Source: the human T2T-CHM13v2.0 reference genome, Homo sapiens. From it: a stretch of DNA of 64,000 nucleotides. Shown piece by piece: positions 1 to 16,420 of the stretch. A program made the translations under genes and the position numbers. The stretch lies in NCBI RefSeq assembly GCF_009914755.1, contig NC_060928.1, one strand, 5' to 3'. The notes beneath the pieces were generated by a model. The model was not told where the DNA came from. It was given only the letters and a program-made list of their open reading frames with translations, and ran no database searches. Within the stretch, counting starts at the first letter, position 1; every line of letters begins with the position of its first letter.

Positions 1-135
1 CTAATTTTTGTATTTTTAGCAGAGATGGGGTTTCGCCATATTGTCCAGGATTGTCTCTATCTCTTTACCTCGTGATCTGCCTGCCTCGGCCTCCCAAAGT
101 GTTGGGATTACAGGTGTGAGCCACTGCACCTGGCC
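1..135 (-). mobile_element. Alu left arm, cut by the window edge
   Basis: Reverse complement of the Alu 5' half: ...cctcccaaagtgttgggattacaggtgtgagccactgcacctggcc. Confidence 0.95.
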
Positions 136-198
136 AGTTTTTACATTCTTAAATTATATAACTTTACATATAGCCACATACGACTGAATTCACCACTA

Positions 199-543
<345 letters not shown>

Positions 544-884
544 ATTATCTGTGAGTTAACCATTGTATAATTCAAGTTTAAAACAATTTTGATGCATTCT
601 AAATAACCTTAAAATGTTCAGAATGAACTTGAAACTATAATATACTTTTTTGGAAAGAAGTTATGTTACAAAAGAACCTGCTGTCAGTTGGTAGTGAGAT
701 GAATTATTTATGTTGCAAAGAACTCTTGTGGGTTGCATCCTTCCTGATAGTGGAGAGGGAAGGAGATGTAGTTGGTAACTGAGCCAAGAAATCTCTGATA
801 GGGATAATTCAATTGCCCTTTGGAGGGAATGAATATGATGTTATGATAATGATAATCCAAGACCTGTTAAACCTTTTAAAATTA

Positions 885-1545
<661 letters not shown>

Positions 1546-2034
1546 TTAAACTGGGCATATATACCAGGTAGTTGATGCATTGGATTATTGTAAGCAAGTA
1601 GGTAAACTTAGCTTTTCTTCCTGGAAAATCAACATTATTGGAAGATTTTTAAAAATTAAACACTCATTCTGTAGTAGAATGTGCTATTTGCATAAAATAT
1701 AACAAGAAGTCTCAAAGAAGCTTGAAGCTTATAGCTCTCCTTTCCATTTCTCCCCTTGATTCCTGCAAATGTACAAGTCAATCTCCCCTACTTTTAGAGG
1801 GACTTGAAGTGTTTGAGAAGCAATGATATACAACTTAATCTTTACAATGGCCCCTGAGATATTGATTTTTCATGGTTGAAAAGAGAGACTCTGAGAAATT
1901 AAGCAATTTGTTGGGCTTCAGATCTAAGAATCTAATTCAGTGATAGCTCCCCCTCTGACCTGCTGCTTCCCTACAATTCTAAAAGGATTTTCATTCCTAT
2001 AACTTTGTTTAAATATCATAAATACTGTTGAGTA

Positions 2035-2165
2035 TTATAATTTCCATTTTATAAAAGGGAAACCAAGGCTCAGTTATGATGGGACATACTCCCAGATATA
2101 CTAAGTATCAGAGCTAAAATCAGACCTGGGTTCTTGATTTCCAGGACAGAGGCTTTTCTTCTTCA
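2035..2165 (-). mobile_element. MIR fragment
   Basis: ccattttataaaagggaaaccaaggctcag resembles the reversed MIR core. Confidence 0.5.
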
Positions 2166-2269
2166 CAGAAGCAGTCAACTATAACATGAAACTAACTATA
2201 GCCATTCAATGCTCGGTTGGAGACACAGATCCTTGTCAACTGACTGGACATAATTCTTGTACTAGTAGT

Positions 2270-2620
2270 AGTAATAATGAATGTAAATATGTTGGTTTAC
2301 ATTCTTCAAAGGTCTTTTTGCATACATATTATCTCATTTAATTCTCCCTGTTACCCCCATGACAAGAGTTCTGTTAATCCCTTTAATAGGAAGAGGAATT
2401 AACCTTTATTTAGCTTCTACGGGGCACAATACTAACATCTTAAGAAAGGTAATCTCATATTATATTCATAACCTCATATTGCCATCATAATTGTCATTTG
2501 TTGCGGAAATTGAGGCTCAGAGGAGTTAAATTATCATCATCTCGTGTAGCTAGTAAATTTAGTGAAAATAAAATGTAGTAAGATTGAGTAAAATCCTCTA
2601 ATGCAAATATCAATCTCTTT
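2270..2620 (-). mobile_element. Degenerate MIR fragments
   Basis: attatctcatttaattctc and ggaaattgaggctcagagg. Confidence 0.45.
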
Positions 2621-3709
2621 TTTTACTATATAATATTTGTCTCATAACATCTGGTGAAGTCTATTATTCTGCCTTGCTCTATTCTCACAGATGTTCCTGA
2701 AGCAGATGATATATCCTTACGAAATTCAACTGCTCTCAGGCACTGCAGGACATCCCTTCTCTTACTTATGAGAAAGTTACTTCCTTTGGGAGGAGAAAGT
2801 TTTCCAGTGAATTACTTGCTCATGAATAATTTATTACTTTTCTCCCCCTATTCTTCTATCAGCATATCTCTTTAGGATATTTGAATATAACAGGCAGTTT
2901 ATCGCTCCAGGTGATTGTTAATACAAATAAATCTCTGGTATTTCAGGCAATGGAACCAAGCAAAGGGGAGATGGGGAGATTGACAGGCAGAATGGGGAAG
3001 ACATATGGGGGCACTGGACAATTCCTGGTTACCTAAAACCACACTGTGCAGATTTTGCTCAGCCTTTGCATCCTCACGAGTTAGCCCACCCTATGGCTCG
3101 GTCATTGGGGGAACATCAGATGATATTGTTTCTTATTAGAGATACTATGTACGAAATACCAAAGACCACTCTATTTCCTTAGACTTATGTGGCCTTTCTG
3201 GGAAGAGGCAAATCTTGTCAAAGGAGATAGACTAAGAATATCCACCTATCAACACTGATCCAACTGGAAAGAAACAATTTGATTTAGATAAAGATAGCTA
3301 CAGCAAAAAATTAGCAGGGCCTAGGATTCTCGCTGAGTGGCTTGCTATTTTGTTAGCAACATGTTATTTAACATGTTTAGTAAAATAATTGATCTGATGC
3401 ATTTATAAACTCTGTTCTGGCTCGTGATGCTTAAAATGCCGAGGTGCTTAGTCGTTTGATTAAATTGACTAGTTGATTAGTTAAATGTCATTAATCAAAA
3501 AGCATCATTGAGTGCCTTCATCGTGCATGGGTCCTTGGGGGTGGAGTGGCAATCTGAAAATGTATGACCTGGCTTCTGTTCTCTTTTATGTTTCCAGTTG
3601 GGTTGGACAATGACAAAATAACAAATAGGCAACTAACTGTTACATGGATCTATATGTGCTAAAAAAGTCGAATGGGCAAGAAATGCTTTATAAAGTCTGT
3701 ATACAGTGG

Positions 3710-3915
3710 TAATAGCTACCACAGAGAATATAGTTCATTTAGTTCTCAGAATACCCCTATGAGGTAGATACTATGTTTATCCCTGTTTTAGCAAGGATAA
3801 AATTAAGACATAGAAAAGTTTTAAAAGTTGCCCAAGGTCATAGAAGTAATAAGTGATGCAGTGTGAATGCAGAGGAGGGTGTCTGGGTTAAGAACTCAAG
3901 TCTCTAGCTCCTGTT
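3710..3915 (-). mobile_element. MIR
   Basis: cccctatgaggtagatactatgtttatccctgtttta...ttgcccaaggtcatag matches the reversed MIR core. Confidence 0.75.
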
Positions 3916-4326
3916 CTCTATTGCCTATCTGTGAGATGTCGCAGAAATGGTCAAATGTCTCTTTAAAATATTTAATATATTGAAGTTTGTTACAGTGTAC
4001 ATTTTTACAAACATATTGTATAAAATGATAATTTAATGACATTGCTTTGTTTCTCAATTTTCATGAAATGATTTATTCAAATTCTGAGAAGATTGTTTTT
4101 ACCATAAGGATCTTTATCATCATCAGAGACACAGTTTTTAGAGCAGATTGTCTTTACATCTATCTAAGTTATCTGAAAACAAAGCACTTTCTCAGTATGT
4201 GTATGATACTGTCACTGGAAAATTTATACAAATGAACACACTTTTTTTCCCATTTGTTCTGTGGTTGTATTTTTTTTTTTAATCTCTACAATGTAACCAC
4301 TTACTATATGCTTTTAAAAGTAATTC

Positions 4327-4915
4327 TGAGACAGGAATGATAGGAATGATACAGAGTGGTTGCAGAATAGAAAATTCCAGGCAGCAGTTTCATATGATTA
4401 GCAAAAAGGATACAGTTGAAATAGCATCATAAGCTAGGGGCTGATAAGACCCTGAAAACCAGCATGTGTGTGAAGCTCCCCAACACCGACTGGACCCATC
4501 ACAGTGCTGGATTTGACTCAGCTTTCTCCTAGGGCCTCATTATATGCCCATTAGCCTAGAAATCACACACCCTCCAGCACCATGACAGTTCCAGGAACAC
4601 CCATATTTTGTGTAAAAATGGATGGCATCACACTTCCAAGAAATCTCCACCTTTTTCTGGGAATATTCCACCCCCTGGTTAAAGAAACTCATAAGGATAA
4701 AACCCCAAACCCCCTTGGGAGCGACTCACTCGCTTGAGTACGCCTGCACTCCCCTTTCCTGAGTGTGTACTTTGACTTCGCAATACATCTCGGTACTTTC
4801 ACTCTTTTCTCACTTGTCCTTGAATTCCTAACTGCAACAGTGTCAAGAGGTTGGACACTGGCCGGGGTCCAGGTCCCACTGGTGTTTGGGCACCTCCCCT
4901 AGCCCATTAGTATCA
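4327..4915 (+). mobile_element. ERV1-class solo LTR, MER41-related (MER41E-like)
   Basis: TG...CA termini, 4-bp flanks attc/attt; gaatagaaaattccaggcagcagtttc and catgacagttccagg motifs. Confidence 0.75.
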
Positions 4916-4990
4916 ATTTTAAAATTATTTTCTTTAAATTCCAACACTGGCAGTTCTGAGGTCAAACTTCGAGAACAATAATGAAATTTA

Positions 4991-5364
<374 letters not shown>

Positions 5365-5585
5365 TTAAGCACCTGATACTAACATTGCGACAGGTCATTT
5401 CAGGCTATGGCGTTCTTCCCAAATAACTCATTGTTGTTCCAGGTTAAGTCTCTGAGAACTATCTCACAATGTGGAAGTCTTGGTAAGGATTTACATCTAA
5501 GGCAGCCATTATATGAGCAGGCATAAGAAATGGATGTATTGAGGCGATTCAAACAGAATAAGGGAAAAAATTAATATAAGTGTGA

Positions 5586-5915
<330 letters not shown>

Positions 5916-5954
<39 letters not shown>

Positions 5955-6147
5955 TATATATACACACACACATATATATACATATGTATACGTGTATATA
6001 TATACACATATATACATATATACACACATATATACGTATATTATACACATATACATATATAGTATATATACACATATATACGTATATATACACACATATA
6101 TATACGTATATATGTGTGTGTATATATATACATACACACATATATAT
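5916..6147. repeat. Compound (TA)n/(CA)n microsatellite
   Basis: tatatata...cacacaca...tatatacacatata arrays. Confidence 0.95.
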
Positions 6148-7475
6148 GTTCTTGTTGTTCAACTCCCACTTATGAGTGGGAACATGCGGCGTTTGGTTTT
6201 CTGTTCCTGTGTTAGTTTGCTGAGAATGATAGTTTCCAGCTTCATTCATGTCCCTGCAAAGGACATGAACTCATCATTTTTTATAGCTGCATAGTATTCC
6301 ATGGTGTATATGTGCCACATTTTATCTATCCAGTCTATCATTGATGGGCATTTGGGTTGGTTCCAAGTGTTTGCTATTGAGAATAGTGCTGCAATAAACA
6401 TACATGTGCATGTGTCTATATAGTAGAATGATTTATAATCCTTTGGGTATATACCCAGTAATGGGATTGCTTGTTCAAATGGCATTTCTAGTTCTACATC
6501 CTTGAGGAATCACTACACTGTCTTCCACAGTGGTTGAACTAATTTACACACCCACCAACAGTATAAAAGCATTCTTATTTCTCCAAATCCTCTCCAGCAT
6601 CTGTTGTTTCCTGACTTCTTAATGATCGCCATTCTAACTGGCATGGGATGGTATCTCATTGTGGTGATGATAAGCTTTTTTAAATATGTTTTTTGGCCAC
6701 ATAAATGTCTTCTTTTGAGAAGTGTCTGTTCATATCCTTTGCCCACTTTTTGATGGTTTTTTTTTGTCTGTAAATTTCTTTCAGTTCCTTGTAGATTCTG
6801 GATATTAGCCCTTTGTCAGATGGATAGATTGCAAAAATTTTCTCCCATTCTGTAGGTTGCCTGTTCACTCTGATGGTAGTTTCTTTTGCTGTTCAGAAGC
6901 TCTTTAGTTTAATTACATCCCATTTGTCATTGCTTTTGGTGTTTTAGCCATGAAGTCTTTGCCCATGCCTATGTTTTGAATGTTATTGCCTAGGTTTTCT
7001 TCTAGGTTTTTATGGTTTTAGGTCCTATGTTTAAGTTTTTAATCCATCTTGAGTTAATTTTTGTATAAGGTGTGTAAGGAAGGGGTCCAGTTTCAGTTTT
7101 CTGCATATGGCTAGCCAATTTTTCCAACACCATTTCTTAAATAGGAAATTCTTTCCCCATTGCTTGTTTTTGTCAGGTTTGTCAAAGATCAGATGGTTGT
7201 AGATGTGTGGTGTTATTTCTGAGGCCTCTGTTCTGTTCCGTTGGTCTATATATCTGTTTTGGTACCAATACCATGCTGTTTTGGTTACTGTAGCCTTGTA
7301 GTATAGTTTGAAGTCAGGTAGCATGATGCCTCCGGCTTTGTTCTTTTTTGCTTAGGATTGTCTTGGCTATACAGGCTGTAGTTTTTTCTAATTCTGTGAA
7401 GAAAGTCGGTAGCTTGATGGGGATAGCATTGAATCTATAAATTACTTTGGGGAGTATGACCATTTTCACAATATT
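6148..7475 (-). mobile_element. L1PA (about PA7/8) 3' segment: ORF2 C-terminus and part of the 3'UTR; non-inverted half of a twin-primed L1
   Basis: Minus-strand ORF fragments [35 protein letters not shown] and [14 protein letters not shown] are L1 ORF2p; frameshifted. Confidence 0.95.
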
Positions 7476-8337
7476 CCAAGCAGACCTAATCGGCATCTAC
7501 AGAACTCTCCACCCCAAATCAACAGAATATACATTCTTCTCAGCACCACATCACACTCATTCTAAAAATTGACCACATAATTGGAAGTAAAACACGCCTC
7601 AGCAAATGCAAAAGAATGGAAATAATAACAAACAGTCTCTCAGACCACAGTGCAATCAAATTAGAATTTAGGATTAAGAAAGTCACTCAAAACCACACAA
7701 CTACACGGAAGCTGAACAACCTGCTCCTGAATGACAACTGGGTACTTAACGAAATTAAGGCAGAAATAAATAAGTTCTTTGAAACCAATCAGAACAAAAA
7801 CACAATGTATCAGAATCTCTGGGACACAGCTAAAGCAGTGTTTAGAAAGAAATGTATAGCACTAAATGCCCACAGGAGAAATCGGGAAAGATCTAAAACT
7901 GACACCCTAACATCACAATTAAAAGAACTGGAGAAGCAAGAGCAAACAAATTCCAAAGCTAGCAGAAGACAAGAAATAACTAAGATCAGAGCAGAACTAA
8001 AGGAGATAGAAACACGAAAAACCCTTCAAAAAAAGCAGTGAATCCAGAAGCTGGTTTTTTGAAGATTATCAAAATAGACTGCTAGCCAGACTAATAAAGG
8101 AGAAAAGAGAGAAGAATCAAATAGATACAATAAAAAATGATAAAGGGGATATCACCACTGATCCCACAAAAATACAAACTACCATCAGAGAATACTATAA
8201 ACACCTCTATGTGAATAAACTAGAAAATCTAGAAGAAATGGATAGATTTCTGGACACTTACAACCTCTCAAGACTAAACCAGGAAGAAGTCTAATCCCTG
8301 AATACACCAATAACAAGTTCTGAAATTGAGGCAGTAA

Positions 8338-8694
<357 letters not shown>

Positions 8695-8768
8695 TAAACA
8701 TAATCTATCACGTAATCAGAACCAATGACAAAATCAAATGATTATCTCAATAGATGCGGAAAAGGTCT

Positions 8769-9068
8769 GGCTGGGCGCAGTGGCTCACGCCTGTAATCTC
8801 AGCACTTTGAGAGGCCGAGGCAGGCAGATCACGACGTCAGGAGATTGAGATCATCCTGGCCAACATGGTGAAACCACACCTCTACTAAAAATACAAAAAT
8901 TAGCTGGGTGTGGTGGCGGGTGCCTGTAATCCCAGCTATTCAGGAGGCTGAGGAAGGAGAATCGCTTGAACCAGGAAGCGGAGGTTGCAGTGAGCCGAGA
9001 TCACACTACTGCACTCCAGCCTGGCAACAGAGTGAGACTCCATCTCCAAAACAACGACAGCAAAAAAC
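8769..9068 (+). mobile_element. AluSc-like, inserted in L1 ORF2
   Basis: Full Alu; TSD aaaaggtct/aaaaggcct. Confidence 0.93.
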
Positions 9069-9222
9069 AAAAGGCCTTCAATAAAATTCAACACCCCTTC
9101 ATGCTAAAAACTCTCAGTAAACTAGGTATTGATGGAACATATCTCAAAATAATAAGAACTCTGTGACAAACCCACAGCCAATATCATACTGAATGGGCAA
9201 AAGATGGAAGCATCCCCTTTGA

Positions 9223-9832
<610 letters not shown>

Positions 9833-10150
9833 AGAGAGGAAGTCAAATTGTCTCTGTTTGCAGATGACATGATTGTATATTTAGAAAACCCCATCATCTC
9901 AGCCCAAAATGTCCTTAAGCTGATAAGCAACTTCAGCAAAATCTCAGGATACAAAATCAGTTTGCAAAAATTACAAGCATTCCTATACACCAATAATAGA
10001 CAAACAGAGCCAAATCATGAGTGAACTCCCATTCACAATTGCTACAAAGAGAATAAAATACCTAGGAATGCAATTTACAAGGGATGTGAAGGACCTCTGC
10101 AAGGAGAGCTACAAACCACTGCTCAAGGAAATAAAAGAGGACACAAACAA

Positions 10151-10524
<374 letters not shown>

Positions 10525-10559
10525 TTATTATTATTATTATTATTTTTTGCCTGAAATTT

Positions 10560-10787
10560 TCTTTTTTTGTTGTGTCTCGCCCAGGTACGATCTCAGCTCA
10601 CTGCAAGCTCCGCCTCCTGGCTTCACGCCATTCTCCTGCCTCAGCCTCCCGAGTAGCTGGGACTACAGGCGCCCACCACCACGCCTGGCTAATTTTTTGT
10701 ATTGGTCTTGATCTCCTGACCTCATGATCCTCCCACCTTGGCCTCTCAAAGTACTAGGATTACAGGCGTGAGCCACCACGCCAGGCC
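10560..10787 (-). mobile_element. AluY with several internal deletions
   Basis: ctgcaagctccgcctcc and cacgccattctcc diagnostics; three consensus segments missing. Confidence 0.9.
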
Positions 10788-10804
10788 TGGTTTTTTTTTT
10801 TTTA

Positions 10805-11060
10805 AGAAAACATATATTTATTGAGCTTTTAAAAAAAATTTGCCAGGGATGGTGCTACTCATTTGAGATTTTAAAGAGAAAAAAGTCTCGCAAGATTCTG
10901 ACCCTCATAGAACTTACCTGTAGTGTGTTAGACAGAAAATGAACAAATGAAAAATAATTAGAAATATTATAAAGTATATGAAGGAAATAATGATGCATTA
11001 AATAAGTAATTAACAGAGGGCCTATTTTTAAAAAGGTAGTCAAAAAATGGCTGTATGATT
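10805..11060 (-). mobile_element. L2 fragment
   Basis: aaacatatatttattgagc...accctcatagaacttac...tagacagaaaatgaacaaatg. Confidence 0.5.
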
Positions 11061-11084
11061 CCATAGACAATAAGAGAAATAATT

Positions 11085-11600
11085 ATTTTAGCTATCTGAT
11101 TTATTTGCCCAATATTCATTTCCCACTTGTAGGAATGGCATTTCAGTCTCTTTGGGGAACAAACCCTCTCCCACTCATAGCCCATGTCCATGTTTCTGGC
11201 TTCTGTGGCTTAGGCCTAGATAGTCGATATTCCCTCAGGCTACAATAATGTCTTTGATTTAAGGATGAACTTTTAACCCAAATATGAAAATGAAATTTGA
11301 TTCCTAATCTTTAATTGGGTCTATAGGGAAAAAAATTCTCTTCCCACTGGCATAAGCTGGAAGGATGTAATTGTGGAGCATCCAAGGGCCATGAGATGAG
11401 AACTGATTAAGAAAGGAGGGAGTCAGCATAGACAGAAACAGAGCCCGTGGAAGGAAAGAGGTGATGCAGATGACATCATTTATCTATCTTGATGCAGTTG
11501 TAAATTCTCTCTCATGGGATCCAATAAATGTCCCTGTCCCCACTCTCTTTTTTAAACCTAAGTAAGTTAATTTTGTAGATGAGTTAGTAGCTGATATGTC
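11085..11600 (+). mobile_element. MLT1K-like MaLR LTR, old
   Basis: tttggggaacaaaccctctcccactc...ccaataaatgtccc resembles MLT1K. Confidence 0.6.
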
Positions 11601-11819
11601 AAATTTGAGGCAATGTAGGCTCTCATACCTTAGATCTGTCTATTTGGTTGCTGTGATACAGGACTGTGCCTGTATCACTGGTAAGATTGTGGCAAAATTA
11701 CTCTCTCTCAATTTATCTACATTAATGTGCCTTAGTTTTAGCAATGAGGAGATAATATATTTAAAGATGAGAATATACACCCACAGACCCAGAACCACAC
11801 ACAATGTACACATATTACA

Positions 11820-12010
11820 GTGTATGTATATCCAAAATATGTGTCTATAGAAATGTATACTATATACATATTATATATACAAATATACACATATATACTT
11901 ATATGTGTGTATATATGTGAATAGACTATTTACATGTATATATACAAATATGTTATATACACATTATATACTATATATATTTATACACATATTTAAACAC
12001 ATGCATGTAT
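11820..12010. repeat. TA/CA-rich low-complexity tract
   Basis: tatatacatattatatatacaaatatacacatatatac... Confidence 0.8.
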
Positions 12011-13202
12011 GTGGATAGAGAGATAGCGAGATAGAAAGATAGATATAAAGAGAGAAAGGGAAAGAGAGTGATCCAAGCTCTGATTTAAATTTAGAGTTGG
12101 GGGAAAAAAGAACTCTCAAAGAAAATAGAGATTGAAGAATAAGAGAGACAGAAGGACGTCTTACAAAGTAAGGAAAGAAAGATTTTAGTATAGAATTTGT
12201 TGTTAAAGTCTTCAGCATCTTCAGTGGTCATATCAGGATCTGCTATTATTTTCCATCTCTGATTCCCTACTCCAGTCATGTGTTCACTTTTGCCTCTACC
12301 AGTAGCCTCAGAGATGAGTTCCTGCTCTTGGCAAAAAACACTGAAAAGCACCCTTTGCCCCAGCTGTGGATCACTGGGTTTTGCTAGCAGCGAATCCTCA
12401 GATGCTGGCTTTTAACACCCTGGGAAACAACATTTAGCTGTATATGCAGTCTGCCGCCTGACATTTTTTGAACTTATTCTATCTTTCCTGATTCTAATCG
12501 GGTCTTTGGTTTTGGTGCCCATCTGGCATATGAACACTATGCTTGCCTAAAATTTTTGATGGATAGGTTTGTTTTATCCTCGGGATGTATTGTCTGAGAC
12601 TGACATCATCTAGCCTCTGGGGCTCCTTAAAATTTTGCCATGTATTCTGGAGCACTGATTACCTATTTGATCCTTGTGTTTGTTCAACGCTTATGGCCTG
12701 GCATGAAATACAGAGAATGGGGAGTAAAACGAATAATTAAATTTTCCCTGAAGAACATTAACAATGCAATTTCCAGAAATTGGAGGGGTTAGAAGCACTG
12801 AGAAACTTTTGATTTGTCACACATTCTAGATAATCTAAATATGAAAATTAGAACATAAAAAGCAATATCGTATTTTTCTATACAGAAGAACTGCAAGAAG
12901 TAAAGGGTAATTTGCTGCATTTGTAGTGGGAGCAAAAAGGTATGTAATGAAAACCTTCTTTTAGAAGCTCCAAAGTAGAGAATGGGTGTAGCCAATTGCC
13001 AACAGGGAACACAAAATTGATTGTGGCTTGTCAAATTGGAGGCATATAATGCATGATGTAGTAGCGACTGCACAAGTCTCCCTCATTGTAAAACCTGATC
13101 ACACTCCTCATGTAATCTATATTTAAATCTTTTGGGAATCATGACACAAATATGCCCACCCCCAATTGTTAAATTGTCAACTTACACTGAGCATACTCTA
13201 GC

Positions 13203-13672
13203 TGTCAGACTGATCCGTGGGCGCCAGCTGACCTAGAAAGCAGGACACAGAGAGCCGCGCTTGAAGTTGAGAATTAAACTGAGGGCTGGACTGAAAAGAG
13301 TATATGAAACCAAGGTGGACCAAGAAGTCAGAGGTGTAAAGCAGTAGAAGGTCAAGGCTATGTAATTTCTCAAAAGCCAAAGACTACATGCAGTTGTAGG
13401 CCAAGCTGGGGCAGTCTGCAAAACAGGCAAGTCATAAGGGAGGAGGGGACAATGAAGCAGAGACAGGCGTGACGCAGGCAGAGTTCCTCATTCACTCCTC
13501 ACTCTTGCAAGAGCCAAAATTTGATATCTGGGCAGGCATGAGGGCAGCCCAAGCCTTAGGGCCTCAGGGCAGGCACGAGGGCGTCAGGTCTTCGGCAGTC
13601 TGATCTACTTCAGTCTCAGATGAATGTGAACAGGAATATAATACCTGACCCAGTCAGCCAGGCATTTGATAC
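13203..13672 (-). mobile_element. Possible ancient LTR (Gypsy/ERVL-like), family uncertain
   Basis: ~470-bp GC-richer block bounded by tgtcag...gataca (TG/CA ends), with an internal 16-bp direct repeat. Confidence 0.3.
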
Positions 13673-14010
13673 AAAAATGAATTGAACAAAAATTAATTAA
13701 CCTTCATTTCTATTGAGGTTTTGTAGCAATATCTCATATGAAAATATCTACTCTCCTTAGGTATAACTTACTTTTCTTAGTATTCCTAGAAATAGGAAAA
13801 TTTCTTCTTATATTTAAAGTGAAGGCATATTAGTTAAAGTAACTAATTTAATTCGTCATGTGCTTAAATGTCAAGTACTTTATATTGCTTACTTTTTCCA
13901 TTCTCTGAGTTTGGCTTCTTATCCTCACATTAGGATGAGAGCTATTCACTTGTTTTTTTCAAAGTTATATCACTAGTAATGGTAGATTCTTGGAAGACCT
14001 GTGGTTTTGA

Positions 14011-14389
<379 letters not shown>

Positions 14390-14612
14390 AGTTTGTATAT
14401 TTCAAACTTCAAATTTCCAAGCCTGTGTTCAAATGATCTTGACAAAGGAAAGTTAATTTACCACTTAATTGTGGCTTGATCAACACTTTTAAGGCAGCTG
14501 CTATCAAAAGAGTGGCTATTGTTTCATATATGAAATAGTCAGAAATTAGATTATGCATAGACATGGAAATGGGAAAGGAGCAGAACATAACCTGTATCCT
14601 GTATGAACTTTA

Positions 14613-14721
14613 ATTCCTAACCTTTAATTGGACCTATAGGGAAAAAACATTCTCTTTCCACTGGCATAACTTGGAAGGATGTAATTGTGGAGCATCCAAG
14701 GGCCATGAGATGAGAACTGAT
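14613..14721 (+). repeat. Dispersed direct copy of 11300-11407
   Basis: About 7 differences over ~108 bp by manual alignment. Confidence 0.95.
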
Positions 14722-15231
14722 CTCTGTATCCTAATTCAGTGACAGAAAAATAACCCTTAAATCATGAATTACTGGCTGCTGTAAATGAAGGTGATTAGAG
14801 GTTCCTCTGGTTGGGGAAGGGATGAAGAAATGTACCCCGTAAATTGTCACAGGTAACACCATACACCACTCTGACCATCACAAACAGCTACTTGAATTAC
14901 TGAGCAACCGCCCAACTCATCCTTTCAAAGCGGACCCTCACACTGGCTCAGTAAAAGAAATCATTTGCCTGCTTAAAGATGATCTGGAGATAAATTGTTG
15001 CAGGTCTCTCCATGATATTGTTGCAATTACAGCTCAGACTCACAATAGAATATACAGTACTTGTTGTGAGAGACAATGACTCTTGTTCCTTTAGGTATCC
15101 TTATTTGTTGTTAACAGTTGCCAATTGTGATCTTCCTCTGATAATCTCAAGCCATAGAACATTTGGGAGGGGTGACCAGGCTTCCTTGGTTCAGTCAAAC
15201 TGGACCTATCTTACATTTTACTAGATAGAAT

Positions 15232-15234
<3 letters not shown>

Positions 15235-15288
<54 letters not shown>

Positions 15289-15292
15289 TTTT
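15235..15292. repeat. (AT)n microsatellite followed by poly(T)
   Basis: About 23 AT units, then a T run. Confidence 0.95.
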
Positions 15293-16390
15293 GCCTGTGT
15301 CTGCACTCCTGTTGTGTTATTCTGAAATGGGTTTGTCTACATTGGCTAGTGGAAAAAATAGCACAAGGAGATGTTTGCTTAAATTAACATCTCTCCTTCT
15401 GCCCTGTCCCTCTCTATCCCACATTCCATCTGCACAGTAGAATGACAAAGCAATGCAACCATTCATAGTACCAAAAGATTTTGTTGAAGATATTTGCATA
15501 TAGAAAGTCCTAGTCATTCTCATATGAAGAGGACAGAACAAAACTCAATATATCTTTTATTATAAATTACATTAGCAATTGTGGTAATTCGTATTTCTTT
15601 GGAATGCTTATATCTTGTGGCAACAGTTATCTGAAGGGAAAAAGGATGCATATACATCCTGGTTTTTCTTGCAATTGTTAGACTTATTCCACAACATTTA
15701 TGGCACCAACATTTATGCCTCATTATCATTATTCTACTTTTCTGCCTCTTTAATAGCAACTGAACTCTGAGGAAAGAAATGATTTCAGGATCCTTTTGGC
15801 CCTTTCTTAACACTGAACCTCAGTGTTTGAAAATAAATTTTTAAAATGTATATTCTGGATTTTAATGATAAATCTTGAAATATCTGTCCACTGTCTTCAT
15901 TTCAGCATTCAAATCCTTCAGTGTTATCTTTTCTTTTTTTTTTAATGCAAAGCTAATATGGTTTCTCTTAATTTTTTAGAAAAATTAACTAAAATTTTGG
16001 CATTGCTTTATCATCTTGGCTTATTGTGTACCCTCTCTCATTGGAAGTTAGCCTCTTTTTATTATATTAATGGGCAGACATTAAAATGTGGTTGTTTTTT
16101 CAATGAATGAATAGACTTTCAGCTGTTCCCTTTCCCACATGAGCTTACAGTAAAGAAGTTCCCACTTGCTTCTTGCAAATATGTTTCTACTTGCCATTTT
16201 TAAATTACTGTTGCCTTTGGATGTGGGAGAATGTCTTCCTTTGTCAAAATGGCAATAGGAGGCACAAGTGACAATCCCTTTTCCTTAAGATTTGGGACTG
16301 CACAAAGCTGTCAGTTTTTAAAATGACACTGTGCCACAGCCTTTCTCTAAGGTGGTGCCTTTCATTTTTGACTCCTGCTGTTCTTGACAG

Positions 16391-16420
16391 TTGAAATGGC
16401 AGCAGGAGGTAGAAACTAAA
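16391..16420 (+). other. Candidate 30-nt microexon (LKWQQEVETK in phase 0)
   Basis: tttcatttttgactcctgctgttcttgacAG acceptor and GTAAGT donor; only one of three frames lacks a stop; no repeat recognised nearby. Confidence 0.4.

Noticed and set aside
2660-2960. Cluster of + strand acceptor-like motifs (AG at 2690, about 2875 and about 2947)
   Set aside because: No convincing donor, no recognisable peptide, and such motifs are common in AT-rich DNA.
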